Position numbers and translations under genes: made by a program
Source of the DNA: a virus
Strand: one strand, 5' to 3'
DNA: 64,000 nt
IMG/VR virus record: IMGVR_UViG_3300027667_000003
Span: 7,606-71,605 of that record
Part shown: positions 16,295 through 26,207 of the stretch, one piece after another
Layout: the number at the start of each line of letters is the position of its first letter
Numbering within the stretch: the stretch's first letter is position 1
The notes under the pieces: model-generated
What the model was told of the DNA's origin: nothing
The model's input: only the letters and a program-made list of their open reading frames with translations
Databases searched by the model: none

Positions 16295-17914
16295 TTGAGC
16301 CGCAGTCTTTCCGTTGATTTAAATGAAGAACAAACTATAGCAGCCAACGCCATAGAGGGTGTTTGGGTTGTGCTCGCAGGTCCGGGAAGCGGCAAGACTA
16401 CTGTGCTTCTTCGGCGCGATTATAATATGATGATGAGGAATATATCGGCTAAAGATCGACTTAATTTAACCTTCACCAACTCCGCGGCGTTGGAAATGGC
16501 CTCACGATCGGGGATGTTGGATGCTAAGTCCGTCTTCCGTACCTTCCACAGTTTTGCATTGGAATTGATCAAGAACGAGCGTCACAAACTGCCCTTTACG
16601 ACGTGCGACACTGTAATACCCGTTGATCTCCAAGATTATGAGTTATTATTTGAATTGGTGAAAATCTATCCAGCGATTAACTGGCGTACCCTCCAAGAGC
16701 GCATCACATCTTGGAAGTGTTCAAACACATCGCCCGAGCAAGCCATCGATGAAGTAAGACAAAACGGAATTGAATATTTCTATGCGTTGGCCTACCACGA
16801 TTACGAAAAGAAGTGTCGTGAACAGGGCTGGCTGGACTTTGCATCTCTGATGGAAGAGACAGTCAAGCTTCTTGAGACGGATGAAGAGGTTCGAAATAAG
16901 TACAAAAGAAAATACATTGCAGTGGATGAAGCCCAGGATTGTGATGAGCTTCAATTTCGTCTTCTGCAACTGCTGTTCGATGGCAATATATTCGCGGTCG
17001 GCGATGAGAATCAACTGATCTACGAATGGCGCAATGCAAAGAGTGGGAATCTAACCAATTTTGCTCGTGTGTTTCCCGGCGCGACGATTCTTTATCTGGG
17101 TACCAATCATCGAAGCACTTCTAGTCTCGTGGATTTCTTTAAAGATATTCTACCGGTTGATAATGGATTAGCATCACACATGTCAACTTATAATGAGATA
17201 GGGATTCCTTTTACGATAACCAAATATGCCGACGAGCAAGAAGAAGCTGAACAGATTCTAAAGAAAATTACAGATCCAACCAACACAGTTATCATCGCCC
17301 GTACCAACCGCCAATTATTTATTTTCCAAAGGATTTGCGCTCTGCGCGGAATCAAATACAACTTTTTAGGTAAGAAGGATTTTTGGGAACAAAATGAAAT
17401 TAAGAAGCTGCTAAGTTTAGCCAAAAATTCCCGTGATGCTAGATCAGCCAACGTCGTTCTAACACATTTAATCCAGCAACACAATCTTGTAGCCCTCTAT
17501 TCTCAGGCTGGCAGTAATCCCATGGAGTCTAGTCCTGTCGAAAACCTAAATAGCATCGTGAAGATAGCCCACGGAAAAGGTAATATTAAAGAATTTTTAG
17601 ATTATTTGCGCCGCCTTACCCATGCTCGGAAGAAATCGGATGCGTTGACCCTCTCTACCGTACATCAAGCTAAAGGTCGAGAATGGCACACTGTTTTTAT
17701 TGTGGGGTGTAAGCAAGGCACCATGCCCCATAAGGACGGAGAGTTGCCCGAGGAAGCCCGCATTTTTTTCGTGGCTTGCTCCCGTGCCGCCCGTGAACTT
17801 CATATCAGTTTCTATAAATCACTCAGTATGTACCTCAACAATTACCAAGATCGAATTATAGAATATGAGCCGGAGGAAGAAGATGGCGTTTCTATACATC
17901 AACACGAAGGGTGA
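16295..17914 (+). CDS. UvrD/Rep-family SF1A helicase
   Basis: LAGPGSGKT, TFHS, VDEAQD, VGDENQLIYEWR, NHRS, ARTN, TVHQAKGREW, FVACSRA. Confidence 0.95.
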   Translation: MSRSLSVDLNEEQTIAANAIEGVWVVLAGPGSGKTTVLLRRDYNMMMRNISAKDRLNLTFTNSAALEMASRSGMLDAKSVFRTFHSFALELIKNERHKLPFTTCDTVIPVDLQDYELLFELVKIYPAINWRTLQERITSWKCSNTSPEQAIDEVRQNGIEYFYALAYHDYEKKCREQGWLDFASLMEETVKLLETDEEVRNKYKRKYIAVDEAQDCDELQFRLLQLLFDGNIFAVGDENQLIYEWRNAKSGNLTNFARVFPGATILYLGTNHRSTSSLVDFFKDILPVDNGLASHMSTYNEIGIPFTITKYADEQEEAEQILKKITDPTNTVIIARTNRQLFIFQRICALRGIKYNFLGKKDFWEQNEIKKLLSLAKNSRDARSANVVLTHLIQQHNLVALYSQAGSNPMESSPVENLNSIVKIAHGKGNIKEFLDYLRRLTHARKKSDALTLSTVHQAKGREWHTVFIVGCKQGTMPHKDGELPEEARIFFVACSRAARELHISFYKSLSMYLNNYQDRIIEYEPEEEDGVSIHQHEG

Positions 17915-19091
17915 GCCTTGGCGGAAACATAGTTATAGCGCCGGCGGGGATTATGAACAAAGCCCCAGTAAATACTATGCTCGCCGAGTTTTGGGTTGGA
18001 AAGAAAAAGAAGATATGGCTCGCTTTATGTTCGGTCGAGCATTGGAAAAAGCGATTGAATATTTCCATGATAACAATGGAATGGGCATCACCGAGAAGTT
18101 TCTGGAACTCTGGGCTCCGACCAAAGATATGAAGGACGTAATTTATACGAAGGTAGAAAAGAACTGGGAAACACTTAATCGCATGGGCATTGATATGACG
18201 AAACTCTATATCGTTCGCCATCTCTCTCTGCCTATACCACTCGGAGGCGGCAGCGTCTTTCAACGGGAATATGCTAAGGAAGTTTATCCCAACGACCCTA
18301 ACTACGGCGAGATTCAAGACGCTGGTAAACTGGACATCGTATGCTACGTGGATCCTGCACACCCAATGTTAACACCCGTACACTGGAAACCAGAGTATGG
18401 AATTTTGAGGCCACTAATTGTTGATATCAAGACATCGGGCCAAGACTACGATGCCCGGCCGGGTATGCCGGCGTTCGACAAACAGCTTCGTCGATATTCT
18501 TGGCAGTCCGGAATTCGAGACGTAGCCTTTTTAACTTTTGTCAAGAAGAGCTTGGGTTACAAAAAGAATTCTAAAGTTACATTGTTGGTGGATGTGGGGG
18601 TTTATAAAGCCGGAACTGAAATGATTGTTGCCGGTACGATTGAGGGCGGCGCGTGGCTCGTAGGCGGCCAGTTCGCCATGGAAGCGATGAATGTTGCACA
18701 AGGTAAGAAGACCGATGGTAAGTTGGATACAACCAAAGCGGCAACCGCCAAAAAAGATGCCTGGCTTGAAGATAATGCGTTGAAAGTGTCCGAGTCAAAT
18801 TTTACACGTCAACGATTGCAATTCAATTCGGGTTTTGTTACGCAGGAATCAGCCGCCGAGGCCGGATTGATCGCCGGTCGGCAGATCGTACAGATTGTAA
18901 ATTCTTGGAAGAACAAGCAATGGCCCAACACTTTCGGCATTCGTTATCCACAAGACGATCGCCGAGATCCTTATTTTAGAGCGTTTGTGGAGAAAGATGA
19001 AGTTTACAAGAATGAACATTTTAAACTGGTAAGTCCCGATGAAATAGATCTCTTCGATGATGAGCCAGAGCCGGAGGGCGAAGATGAATGA
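17883..19091 (+). CDS. PD-(D/E)XK (RecB/AddB-like) nuclease
   Basis: GRALEKAIE, GKLDIV, IVDIKTSG, QLRRY. Confidence 0.8.
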   Translation: MAFLYINTKGEPWRKHSYSAGGDYEQSPSKYYARRVLGWKEKEDMARFMFGRALEKAIEYFHDNNGMGITEKFLELWAPTKDMKDVIYTKVEKNWETLNRMGIDMTKLYIVRHLSLPIPLGGGSVFQREYAKEVYPNDPNYGEIQDAGKLDIVCYVDPAHPMLTPVHWKPEYGILRPLIVDIKTSGQDYDARPGMPAFDKQLRRYSWQSGIRDVAFLTFVKKSLGYKKNSKVTLLVDVGVYKAGTEMIVAGTIEGGAWLVGGQFAMEAMNVAQGKKTDGKLDTTKAATAKKDAWLEDNALKVSESNFTRQRLQFNSGFVTQESAAEAGLIAGRQIVQIVNSWKNKQWPNTFGIRYPQDDRRDPYFRAFVEKDEVYKNEHFKLVSPDEIDLFDDEPEPEGEDE

Positions 19092-19287
19092 GGTGAAGTG
19101 TGTTATAGAAGGGTGCAAAGAAGTTTTCAAAACAGAAGAAGCGGTATCACCCAAAGTACGGTTTGTTTGTAAAAACCATCCTCGCGCACACCAATTAGCC
19201 GCGGTTGGCCGTTCTTATAAATCAGATGCAGATACTCGTGATACTGATGTACATTTTCAAACCCATCAGTTCGATAAAAAACTTTAG
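19084..19287 (+). CDS. small Cys-containing hypothetical protein
   Basis: CVIEGC...VCKNH; overlaps the end of the upstream gene. Confidence 0.6.
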   Translation: MNEVKCVIEGCKEVFKTEEAVSPKVRFVCKNHPRAHQLAAVGRSYKSDADTRDTDVHFQTHQFDKKL

Positions 19288-19295
19288 GAGGAATC

Positions 19296-19508
19296 ATGAT
19301 TAAATGTATCGGGAACTGCGGCCGTGAAACTGATGCTCTTCCTATAACAACGCCGTCCGGTGCTCCCTGGAAAGCGGAATGGGGCTGGTTGTGTCCTACT
19401 TGCGCCAATGAGAGCAAACGTCGAACCATAGCTGGTGGGGAAACCGAATGGCGAGAAAGTATGGCCGAACAAACACATCGATCCAATGAATCTACTTATA
19501 GTGAATAA
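19296..19508 (+). CDS. small Zn-ribbon-like protein
   Basis: AGGAGG RBS; CIGNC...CPTC. Confidence 0.65.
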   Translation: MIKCIGNCGRETDALPITTPSGAPWKAEWGWLCPTCANESKRRTIAGGETEWRESMAEQTHRSNESTYSE

Positions 19509-19516
19509 GGAGCCGC

Positions 19517-19948
19517 ATGCTTTCAGATACATTCGAAGAGCTTCGAGGATTTTTAGATGGTCAAGATCCTTTCATGACTACAGGCCATCAAATTTTAAAA
19601 ATTCGTCGCCCAAAGAAAACAATACCATCCTGGGCTTATAGTCATAAAAAAATTCAAGAGTTTTTACTTCGAGTTTTTCCTAATTTGGAAAAAGATCAAA
19701 AGCAAAGAGAACGAGCCGGTCGTTGGGTAAGAATTCTCTATCTTTATTTTAACCAGAATTGGAGTCGAGGTCAGATCGCTTCGGAATTAAAACTGACGTA
19801 TTCCGCTGTAAATTCCACAATCCGAGCTATCAAAAGGGCTGCGGCGGGCCTTAGATCAGATACCGGTAAATCCTTTAAAAAACCGCGAGGGAGGCCTCGA
19901 AAAAACATGCCCGCGTTAAAACATCCTTTAGAGAGGGTTGTGAAGTAA
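19517..19948 (+). CDS. helix-turn-helix DNA-binding protein with AT-hook
   Basis: WSRGQIASELKLTYSAVNSTIR (HTH) and KKPRGRPRK (AT-hook). Confidence 0.7.
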   Translation: MLSDTFEELRGFLDGQDPFMTTGHQILKIRRPKKTIPSWAYSHKKIQEFLLRVFPNLEKDQKQRERAGRWVRILYLYFNQNWSRGQIASELKLTYSAVNSTIRAIKRAAAGLRSDTGKSFKKPRGRPRKNMPALKHPLERVVK

Positions 19949-19973
19949 TTCTTCGTTTCATAAGATCCTTAAA

Positions 19974-20666
19974 ATGAGAGAGATCCATCTACCAGTTCGG
20001 GTTCATAGTTGCCGTATCAAAATGAGGCACTACCCTCCGGAAAGCCTCATGCGTGAGGAGAGGTATATTGAGATCCGGAAAACCGAGAAAGTAAAGGACT
20101 TCGGAGTACCTCTCAAACTTGGACAAGATTTTCCACTAGAGGAGCGTGAAGTTGTTGTAAGTGTCACCTACCTGAAATTGCCCAATCGTTGCCGATGTCG
20201 TAAATTTATCACCTATTATCGAGCCGACGAGGCCGTTGCGAGTGGCAAGGCGATGCGCACGTTCAAGCTCCTAGCCCGAGGCATAGTTAAGGATGAAAAT
20301 CAAATCTGGATGCCCATAGTGCGCGAAAGAGTGCCTCGTGTAGATCTGATCAGCCGGGCCGACATCGAAAGAGCCTATATCGGTAGTGAAAAGAAATCAA
20401 AGCACTTTAAGTTCAATAGAATCACTAATAGGTACGAAGTTGTTCAAGCACCGGAAGGAATAACTGTCATGGAGTGGTCAATGCGAGCCGAGGAAGAAGT
20501 TCGATTTGAAAGAAAGATTCGTAAGCAATTCAAACAGTATATAGCCGATTGTCATGCAGTAACTATGAATGCCCGAGCAGCACTTATTGTGCCTTTTCGT
20601 GAAGATCCCTTTGAGGGTCGAACCATATTTGCATTCGGACCGGAGCAACAAACCTCGGGTAAATAA
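19974..20666 (+). CDS. hypothetical protein
   Basis: 230-aa ORF in the same orientation as neighbours; no recognised motif. Confidence 0.7.
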   Translation: MREIHLPVRVHSCRIKMRHYPPESLMREERYIEIRKTEKVKDFGVPLKLGQDFPLEEREVVVSVTYLKLPNRCRCRKFITYYRADEAVASGKAMRTFKLLARGIVKDENQIWMPIVRERVPRVDLISRADIERAYIGSEKKSKHFKFNRITNRYEVVQAPEGITVMEWSMRAEEEVRFERKIRKQFKQYIADCHAVTMNARAALIVPFREDPFEGRTIFAFGPEQQTSGK

Positions 20667-20698
20667 TGCTTGACATTTGGATTTGAGGGGCGTAGTCT
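20661..20698 (+). promoter_or_regulatory. sigma70-like promoter
   Basis: AAATAATGC, TTGACA(20670-75), 17 nt, TAGTCT(20693-98), then AGGAGG RBS. Confidence 0.7.
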
Positions 20699-20716
20699 CC
20701 GAATAGGAGGTATAGG

Positions 20717-21175
20717 ATGAAAGTTAATATTTCACTCGTCATTGCCGCCTTTGCTGGCGCTCTCCTCATGGTAAGCGGATTTTGCATTGCTCATGCCGGC
20801 CCAAAATACCGATTTAAAACAAGCCCTGCGGCTCTTTATCAGAGTGACAATGAGCTTTATTTTGATAATAAACTCCCCAAGAATGTTATTTTCGTAGAAG
20901 GTGAGTGTCCCGATAAACCTACTGACGGCGGGTTTAATGTAGCCTGCACGTCTCATGCGGTAGGAACCCGTTGGTATAAAGTATGGGTCAGCCCCACCTA
21001 CAATGAAACTTTAACAGATGAGCGAGAGGCCGTCCTTCACGAGTCGTGTCATATCCGAGTATACGAAAATTATGAAAACAAAAACGAAACTTACGGAGGC
21101 GACGAACATGGCCCGGAATGGCAGGATTGCATGTTGACTTTGGCGAAAAAGGGCGCATTTGAAACAATCTGGTAA
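20717..21175 (+). CDS. SprT-like zinc metallopeptidase with N-terminal signal or anchor
   Basis: YFDNKLP...LHESCH...HGPEWQ; hydrophobic N-terminus. Confidence 0.75.
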   Translation: MKVNISLVIAAFAGALLMVSGFCIAHAGPKYRFKTSPAALYQSDNELYFDNKLPKNVIFVEGECPDKPTDGGFNVACTSHAVGTRWYKVWVSPTYNETLTDEREAVLHESCHIRVYENYENKNETYGGDEHGPEWQDCMLTLAKKGAFETIW

Positions 21176-21183
21176 GGAGATCT

Positions 21184-21351
21184 ATGAAAAAATTTTTCAC
21201 GCATCGATCGGCATCTTTTGCTAAGAGTGGAATTCGACTAGCCGGTTACGGTCTAATCGTTATTTATACTGAAAGTGCTTTAGTCTTTTTGGCATTTGGA
21301 CTTTTGGCCGTGGCAGAAGCGATCGGCATCGTTGAGGAATTTTTAGTTTAA
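21184..21351 (+). CDS. small membrane protein (55 aa)
   Basis: AAGGAG RBS; manual translation MKKFFTHRSASFAKSGIRLAGYGLIVIYTESALVFLAFGLLAVAEAIGIVEEFLV. Confidence 0.6.
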   Translation: MKKFFTHRSASFAKSGIRLAGYGLIVIYTESALVFLAFGLLAVAEAIGIVEEFLV

Positions 21352-21357
21352 ATCTAA

Positions 21358-21432
21358 TGTGGGGTGGCTCAATGGTACAGCAGACGCCTGTTACGCGTCC
21401 AATTGCTGGTTCGAATCCAGCCCCCACAGCCA
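21358..21432 (+). tRNA. tRNA-Asn (GTT) with encoded CCA
   Basis: Acceptor TGTGGGG/CCCCACA, G73, anticodon stem GACGC/GCGTC with loop CTGTTAC, T arm GCTGG-TTCGAAT-CCAGC; one C:C mismatch in the D stem. Confidence 0.92.
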
Positions 21433-21447
21433 CTTAAGGAGGAACAG

Positions 21448-21729
21448 ATGGGTCATTCAGTTTCAGATGCAGCGGCAGCTTCAGTAAAGAAAAGTGAAAA
21501 GAAAATCAAGTCTGAACGCACTGAAGAACAAATTATTCGAGACATCGGCAATCATCTCGAAGCTCGCTTGTCGGTGCCACCGGATGATGTTCGATTACTT
21601 TATCGACTTTATACTGAGTTAAAAACCGAAGTCGATCAAGTCAAAGCGACGGGCGTTTACCGAACCGAACTCGAAGAAGATGATCATCGAGATCGGGAAC
21701 AAAGTGAACGAGGGGCAGGAATTATTTAA
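21448..21729 (+). CDS. hypothetical protein
   Basis: AAGGAGG RBS before ATG 21448, downstream of the tRNA. Confidence 0.7.
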   Translation: MGHSVSDAAAASVKKSEKKIKSERTEEQIIRDIGNHLEARLSVPPDDVRLLYRLYTELKTEVDQVKATGVYRTELEEDDHRDREQSERGAGII

Positions 21730-21914
21730 TGTCTGATCAAATCCGCACCGGCACTAAGAAGAGCCATAGAGAACGTAAGAACGGCGCAAGTCGCGAGGCC
21801 TGGGAGAAACAAAAGTTTGAAACCAATACGGCACGCGGCCCTCAAGAGATATTTCAACATTCGGTAGAAATCGGAAATAGCAAAACGGTTACAATACGTC
21901 GAGTAAGAGGGTGA
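21729..21914 (+). CDS. small basic hypothetical protein
   Basis: TAATG and GTGA overlaps with neighbours. Confidence 0.55.
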   Translation: MSDQIRTGTKKSHRERKNGASREAWEKQKFETNTARGPQEIFQHSVEIGNSKTVTIRRVRG

Positions 21915-22045
21915 AACGAGCGTTGATAGCGGGATTGATTTCCGCGTTTCTGTTTTTGGGGACAATCGAAATCATCGCAAAAGTTTGGGTATTGATTTAT
22001 CAGGTGCGACCTTCTCGATATAACGTAATGAGGATTATACCCTGA
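21911..22045 (+). CDS. small membrane peptide (44 aa)
   Basis: Manual translation MKRALIAGLISAFLFLGTIEIIAKVWVLIYQ...; overlaps both neighbours. Confidence 0.5.
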   Translation: MKRALIAGLISAFLFLGTIEIIAKVWVLIYQVRPSRYNVMRIIP

Positions 22046-22320
22046 TGGTTTGTCAATGGTGCGGCGTTAACCACAGCGAAGGCATTTTAAATCATATCTG
22101 TGCGGACGGCTCTACTTTTGAAGAACGAGTAAAGCACTACACTGCGGGAGATAAGCCGCCGGCCAATCTTATGCGACGAATATCGGATCAGCTTAAAAAT
22201 GGCACGGCCATTTCAAAATTTGGTTTCGATTCAAGTGTCAAACCGAAAGACAAGTATGATGTTTTGCCGTTGACTCCGGAAGATATTGACTGGTTGATCG
22301 GCCTCAAGATAGGCTGGTAA
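22045..22320 (+). CDS. hypothetical protein with CxxC/H/C motif
   Basis: CQWCGVNH...HIC. Confidence 0.65.
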   Translation: MVCQWCGVNHSEGILNHICADGSTFEERVKHYTAGDKPPANLMRRISDQLKNGTAISKFGFDSSVKPKDKYDVLPLTPEDIDWLIGLKIGW

Positions 22321-22328
22321 GGAGACAC

Positions 22329-22934
22329 ATGATTCGAATTAATCTGTTATCTAAGCTGGATAAAGATGTCGCCGCAGCCCGCGCAGCTATTCGAGCCCGC
22401 TCATTTAGTGGAAGAAACCCCGCATTAGGCAAAATGTTCAATTGTGAAATCTGCGGAAATCGTCATCGATCTATTAAGATATGTAAACCCATATATGCGA
22501 CCGGCCGCTATGATCTCGCGCCAGAAGGTGAAAAGAAAATTTTGATAGCATCACAAAAGACACTGAAGGGCGTGATAGGGGCGCGGGCAGTCGCCAAGAA
22601 GCGATTCCACCCCCATCCGAGCAAACGCAAGCTCCGACTGGTTCAGCGCACCCAGGAAATCTACCCCACAAACGCGCCGTATTTCAAGTATGCTGTTGAG
22701 TGCATGAAGTACTCTCGAACACTCGCCGGCCGACAATTACGATTTGAGACAGGTCGAACAAAGAAATTAGCTCGTGATCAGCAAAAACTATCTCGCCGCA
22801 TTAATCAACTGTCGGCTGTACCCGGCGCTCGACTGCCGAATCGCCAACTAACTGTGACGGCTATAGGTTTGCAGAGCCGCCGCGAGAAACTGGCGAAGAG
22901 GACCGAAGCCAACAAGGTGAAGAATGAATCTTAG
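22329..22934 (+). CDS. basic hypothetical protein with Zn-finger-like motif
   Basis: AAGGAG RBS; CEICGNRH...C; Arg/Lys-rich. Confidence 0.7.
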   Translation: MIRINLLSKLDKDVAAARAAIRARSFSGRNPALGKMFNCEICGNRHRSIKICKPIYATGRYDLAPEGEKKILIASQKTLKGVIGARAVAKKRFHPHPSKRKLRLVQRTQEIYPTNAPYFKYAVECMKYSRTLAGRQLRFETGRTKKLARDQQKLSRRINQLSAVPGARLPNRQLTVTAIGLQSRREKLAKRTEANKVKNES

Positions 22935-23718
22935 TCGAGTTAGCATAGGAATAAAAACGTTCCTTCGGGATGACAAGCTTTTCAACACTATCCAGGCCAT
23001 ACGGGATACCATGCCTGAAGTGCAAATGATCGTTGCTGATGACGGCGATGCGTCCGATGAAAAAGAGGGTGTCTATTCAGATTTACTTCGAGACGGACAT
23101 GAGGTTATTTGTATGCCGTTCGATTCGGGTTTCGGAGCGAAATCCAATATGATTGCTCGTGTAAACCAGCGACCTTACCTGTTGATCGGATCTGACGATT
23201 TTGATTTTCGACCGCCTTCAGTCCGACAAGGTATTGAAATTATGTTTTATGTTTTGGAGCACGATCCAAGTCTTAGTGTTGTCAGTGGGAGGGTCCGCGG
23301 ATCCTATGAGTTTAATATAGAGGATCAGGGAGATACAATAGTTGAACATAGGGTTTACTTTTCGATCATGCCTCCTGTGCCGCTATATTTTGAGTGCGAT
23401 CTAACGGTGAATTATTCTCTGATTCGACGGGAAATTTTTCAAAAAGTGAGTTGGGACGATGATGTGAAAATAGGTGGGGGCGAACACGGGGCCTTTTTCG
23501 TGGACATAAAACGCGCCGGATTTAAAGTTGCTGTTGCGCCCGGTGCTCAGATAAGTGAGCAACAAGGGGAGGATAGTGATAGATACAAACAATTTCGGAA
23601 AAGAGCTAGTTCTAGCGCTCGTCCGTGCTTTGATCGTCGTGGCATACGTAAATATGTTCTTGGCTCTGGTAAGATTGACTACGAAAAAATCGATTATAAA
23701 GAACCGCTAACTCGATGA
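22924..23718 (+). CDS. GT2-family glycosyltransferase
   Basis: IGIKTFLR, IVADDG, FDSGFGAKSN, LIGSDDFDF, GGEHGAFF. Confidence 0.8.
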   Translation: MNLSRVSIGIKTFLRDDKLFNTIQAIRDTMPEVQMIVADDGDASDEKEGVYSDLLRDGHEVICMPFDSGFGAKSNMIARVNQRPYLLIGSDDFDFRPPSVRQGIEIMFYVLEHDPSLSVVSGRVRGSYEFNIEDQGDTIVEHRVYFSIMPPVPLYFECDLTVNYSLIRREIFQKVSWDDDVKIGGGEHGAFFVDIKRAGFKVAVAPGAQISEQQGEDSDRYKQFRKRASSSARPCFDRRGIRKYVLGSGKIDYEKIDYKEPLTR

Positions 23719-24416
23719 AAACGTTGATTGCTGTTAAAAGCTGCCGGCAAGATCGTGACCGCGACTACCATGAAGTTATTCGCGGCACTTGGGGTCAAGA
23801 TGTTATCAATGCTGATCTTCATTTTTTCATGGGCAACGGCAATGGAATTTTGCTAGCGAATCAACGAGACGAAGTGAGTGTAAATTGTCCAGACGATTAT
23901 GCATCCTTACCTTTTAAAACTCGGGAAATCCTAAGGTGGTCAATTGAAAATAATTATGATTTTACTTTCCTCTGCGATACAGATAGTTTTATTATCCTGC
24001 AAAATCTGTTAAGAAGCGGATTCGAAAAATACGACTACTACGGTGTAATACGGAAGCCATTGGGTAAAACATTCGTTTATGAGTCAATAGACCGTGAAAA
24101 AAGACATACTTGGGTTGGTGAATGTTATCCTTGGGCATCAGGTGGATTAGGATATTTTCTCTCTCGAAAAGCCGCAGAGATTATCATTCAAAGAGAGCCG
24201 GATATTTGGGCTGAAGATTTGTGGATAGGTCAAATATTAGGACCGTTGTACGAAGCCGGAGAAATCAAAAGCGGAGATGCGAGCCAAATGATTAGAATCG
24301 GAGACGCCAAAAATTTAGAAGGGGTTGCCACTTGGCACTTTCCTTCCTATAAATACAAAAGCGGTTATGATTTGAAGTTCAAGTGGATGGAACGGATGTA
24401 CGCGGAGCACAGATGA
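23715..24416 (+). CDS. GT31 / galactosyltransferase-like glycosyltransferase
   Basis: DDYASLPFKT, FLCDTDSF (DxD), ASGGLGYFLSRKA, AEDLWIG. Confidence 0.75.
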   Translation: MKTLIAVKSCRQDRDRDYHEVIRGTWGQDVINADLHFFMGNGNGILLANQRDEVSVNCPDDYASLPFKTREILRWSIENNYDFTFLCDTDSFIILQNLLRSGFEKYDYYGVIRKPLGKTFVYESIDREKRHTWVGECYPWASGGLGYFLSRKAAEIIIQREPDIWAEDLWIGQILGPLYEAGEIKSGDASQMIRIGDAKNLEGVATWHFPSYKYKSGYDLKFKWMERMYAEHR

Positions 24417-25204
24417 TCACGATAAAACTCGTGGGAGGATTAGGAAATCAATTGTTCGGTTATGCGTTGGGCCGCTCTTTGGGCCTAACCCAAGAAGTTC
24501 AATTTGACATTTCGGGTTTCGCCCGCGACAACAAAAGAAAGTACAATTTGGATAAATTGGGATTACAACTCTCATTGGGTGTGGGAAAAGGCCACGGAAT
24601 TCACGAGTCAAGTTTAAAGTTTGATCCTGCTATTTTGAGAGTCGCAGAAGAAAAAGGTGATGCAATCCTTCATGGATATTGGCAGAATGAGAGGTATTTC
24701 AAACGTGCTCGTACTAGAATTCTATCCGAGGTGTTCGTTGGAATGGGTCGCAGCGAAGCAACCCGAGAATACGCAGATAGAATTCATTCAGATGGAAAGA
24801 ACACAGTTTTTATTCATATTAGAAGAACGGATTATTTGATCGAACCGCATAGATCATTTCATGGGATTTTATCGAACGATTATTATCTTGATGCGGTGTC
24901 CTCGTTACAAAGAAAAAATCCAGATTTGAAATTTTATGTTTTTTCGGACGATAAAGAATTTGCAAAATCTTTACTACTCGATTGTACTGTTGTAGAAAAT
25001 ACAAACGAATTCGAAGATCTATATCTTATGTCGCTATGCCAGAATGCTATTGTAGCGAATTCCAGTTATTCTTGGTGGGGCGCATATTTAGGACCAGATC
25101 AACGGGGTATTGTGATTGCTCCTGAATACTGGTTTAAAAATGAAGAGATGCGAGCACAAAGTGAAGATTTGGTACCGGTTAGGTGGGTGCGCCTTGCTAA
25201 CTAA
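24413..25204 (+). CDS. GT11 alpha-1,2-fucosyltransferase
   Basis: GGLGNQLFGYA, HGYWQNERYF, HIRRTDY, NSSYSWWGAYL. Confidence 0.93.
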   Translation: MITIKLVGGLGNQLFGYALGRSLGLTQEVQFDISGFARDNKRKYNLDKLGLQLSLGVGKGHGIHESSLKFDPAILRVAEEKGDAILHGYWQNERYFKRARTRILSEVFVGMGRSEATREYADRIHSDGKNTVFIHIRRTDYLIEPHRSFHGILSNDYYLDAVSSLQRKNPDLKFYVFSDDKEFAKSLLLDCTVVENTNEFEDLYLMSLCQNAIVANSSYSWWGAYLGPDQRGIVIAPEYWFKNEEMRAQSEDLVPVRWVRLAN

Positions 25205-26207
25205 ACACATCGTCATCACAGGTGGTTGCGGCTTTATTGGACATCATCTCATCGAAACTATCTTAGATCATACAAATTGGTGCATCAGTGTGTTTGATGC
25301 TCTATCCTATGCTTCCCGTGGCGTAGAGCGGCTACAAGATATTGGAGCATTAGACAGTGGAAGAGTTCGTGTATTTCCTGTGAATTTATCTCGCCCAATT
25401 CATGATGATGTGAAGAAAGAACTAGGGAGAGTAGATTATATTGTGCATATGGCAGCCGAAGTTCATGTAGATAAATCCATCGCTGATCCCGAAAAGTTCA
25501 TCCATTCAAATATTATGGGAACTTTTCAAATGCTACAATTGGCTCGGGAAATAAAGAGTGTATCCCATTTTCTATATTTCTCCACGGATGAAGTGTTCGG
25601 TCCGGCATTGGGGGGCGTGCCGCACAAGGAATGGGATAGATATAATTCTACAAATCCTTATTCCGCTACGAAAGCCGCGGGTGAAGAACTAGCCTTAGCT
25701 TGGGCCAACACTTACGGTGTGCCCTTAACCGTTACCCATTGCACTAATGTGTTTGGGGAAAGGCAGAATCCCGAAGCTTTTATCCCTAAAATGATAAGCA
25801 TGATTTCTAAAAGAGAGAAGGTTCGAATTCATACAAACGATAAAAACACACCCGGATCTCGATTTTATATCCATGCGGCTGACGTTGCGGATGCTTTGAT
25901 GTTTCTACTGACGATGAAACCATCAAGAGATAAATTTAATATTTCGGGATCTTTAGAGGTTTCGAACCTTGAAGTCGCTCGAAGCATCGCTGATTTTTTG
26001 AATGCATTTTTGAGGTATGATTTGGTAAGCACCGATCGACCCGGCTGCGATTTTCGCTACGCATTGGATGGGTCCAAGTTATCAAATATGGGGTGGCGAC
26101 CTCTTCGAAATTTTTCAGACAGCTTAAAGAACACTGTGCGATGGTATGAGAAAAACCCCAAGTGGTTAGAGAAAAGATCTTCCGCTGTATTTGGAGGATT
26201 GCGATGA
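25194..26207 (+). CDS. rmlB: dTDP-glucose 4,6-dehydratase
   Basis: TGGCGFIG, HMAAEVHVDKSI, STDEVFG, PYSATKA, DRPGCDFRYALD; start set at TTG 25194. Confidence 0.85.
   Translation: MLTKHIVITGGCGFIGHHLIETILDHTNWCISVFDALSYASRGVERLQDIGALDSGRVRVFPVNLSRPIHDDVKKELGRVDYIVHMAAEVHVDKSIADPEKFIHSNIMGTFQMLQLAREIKSVSHFLYFSTDEVFGPALGGVPHKEWDRYNSTNPYSATKAAGEELALAWANTYGVPLTVTHCTNVFGERQNPEAFIPKMISMISKREKVRIHTNDKNTPGSRFYIHAADVADALMFLLTMKPSRDKFNISGSLEVSNLEVARSIADFLNAFLRYDLVSTDRPGCDFRYALDGSKLSNMGWRPLRNFSDSLKNTVRWYEKNPKWLEKRSSAVFGGLR

Noticed and set aside
21358-21432. tRNA-Asn as a pseudogene because of a C:C pair in the D stem
   Set aside because: A single mismatch at the 13:22 position is tolerated in many tRNAs; all other arms, G73 and CCA are intact
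21364-21447. N-terminal extension of the ORF called at 21364
   Set aside because: It overlaps tRNA-Asn; the RBS supports ATG 21448
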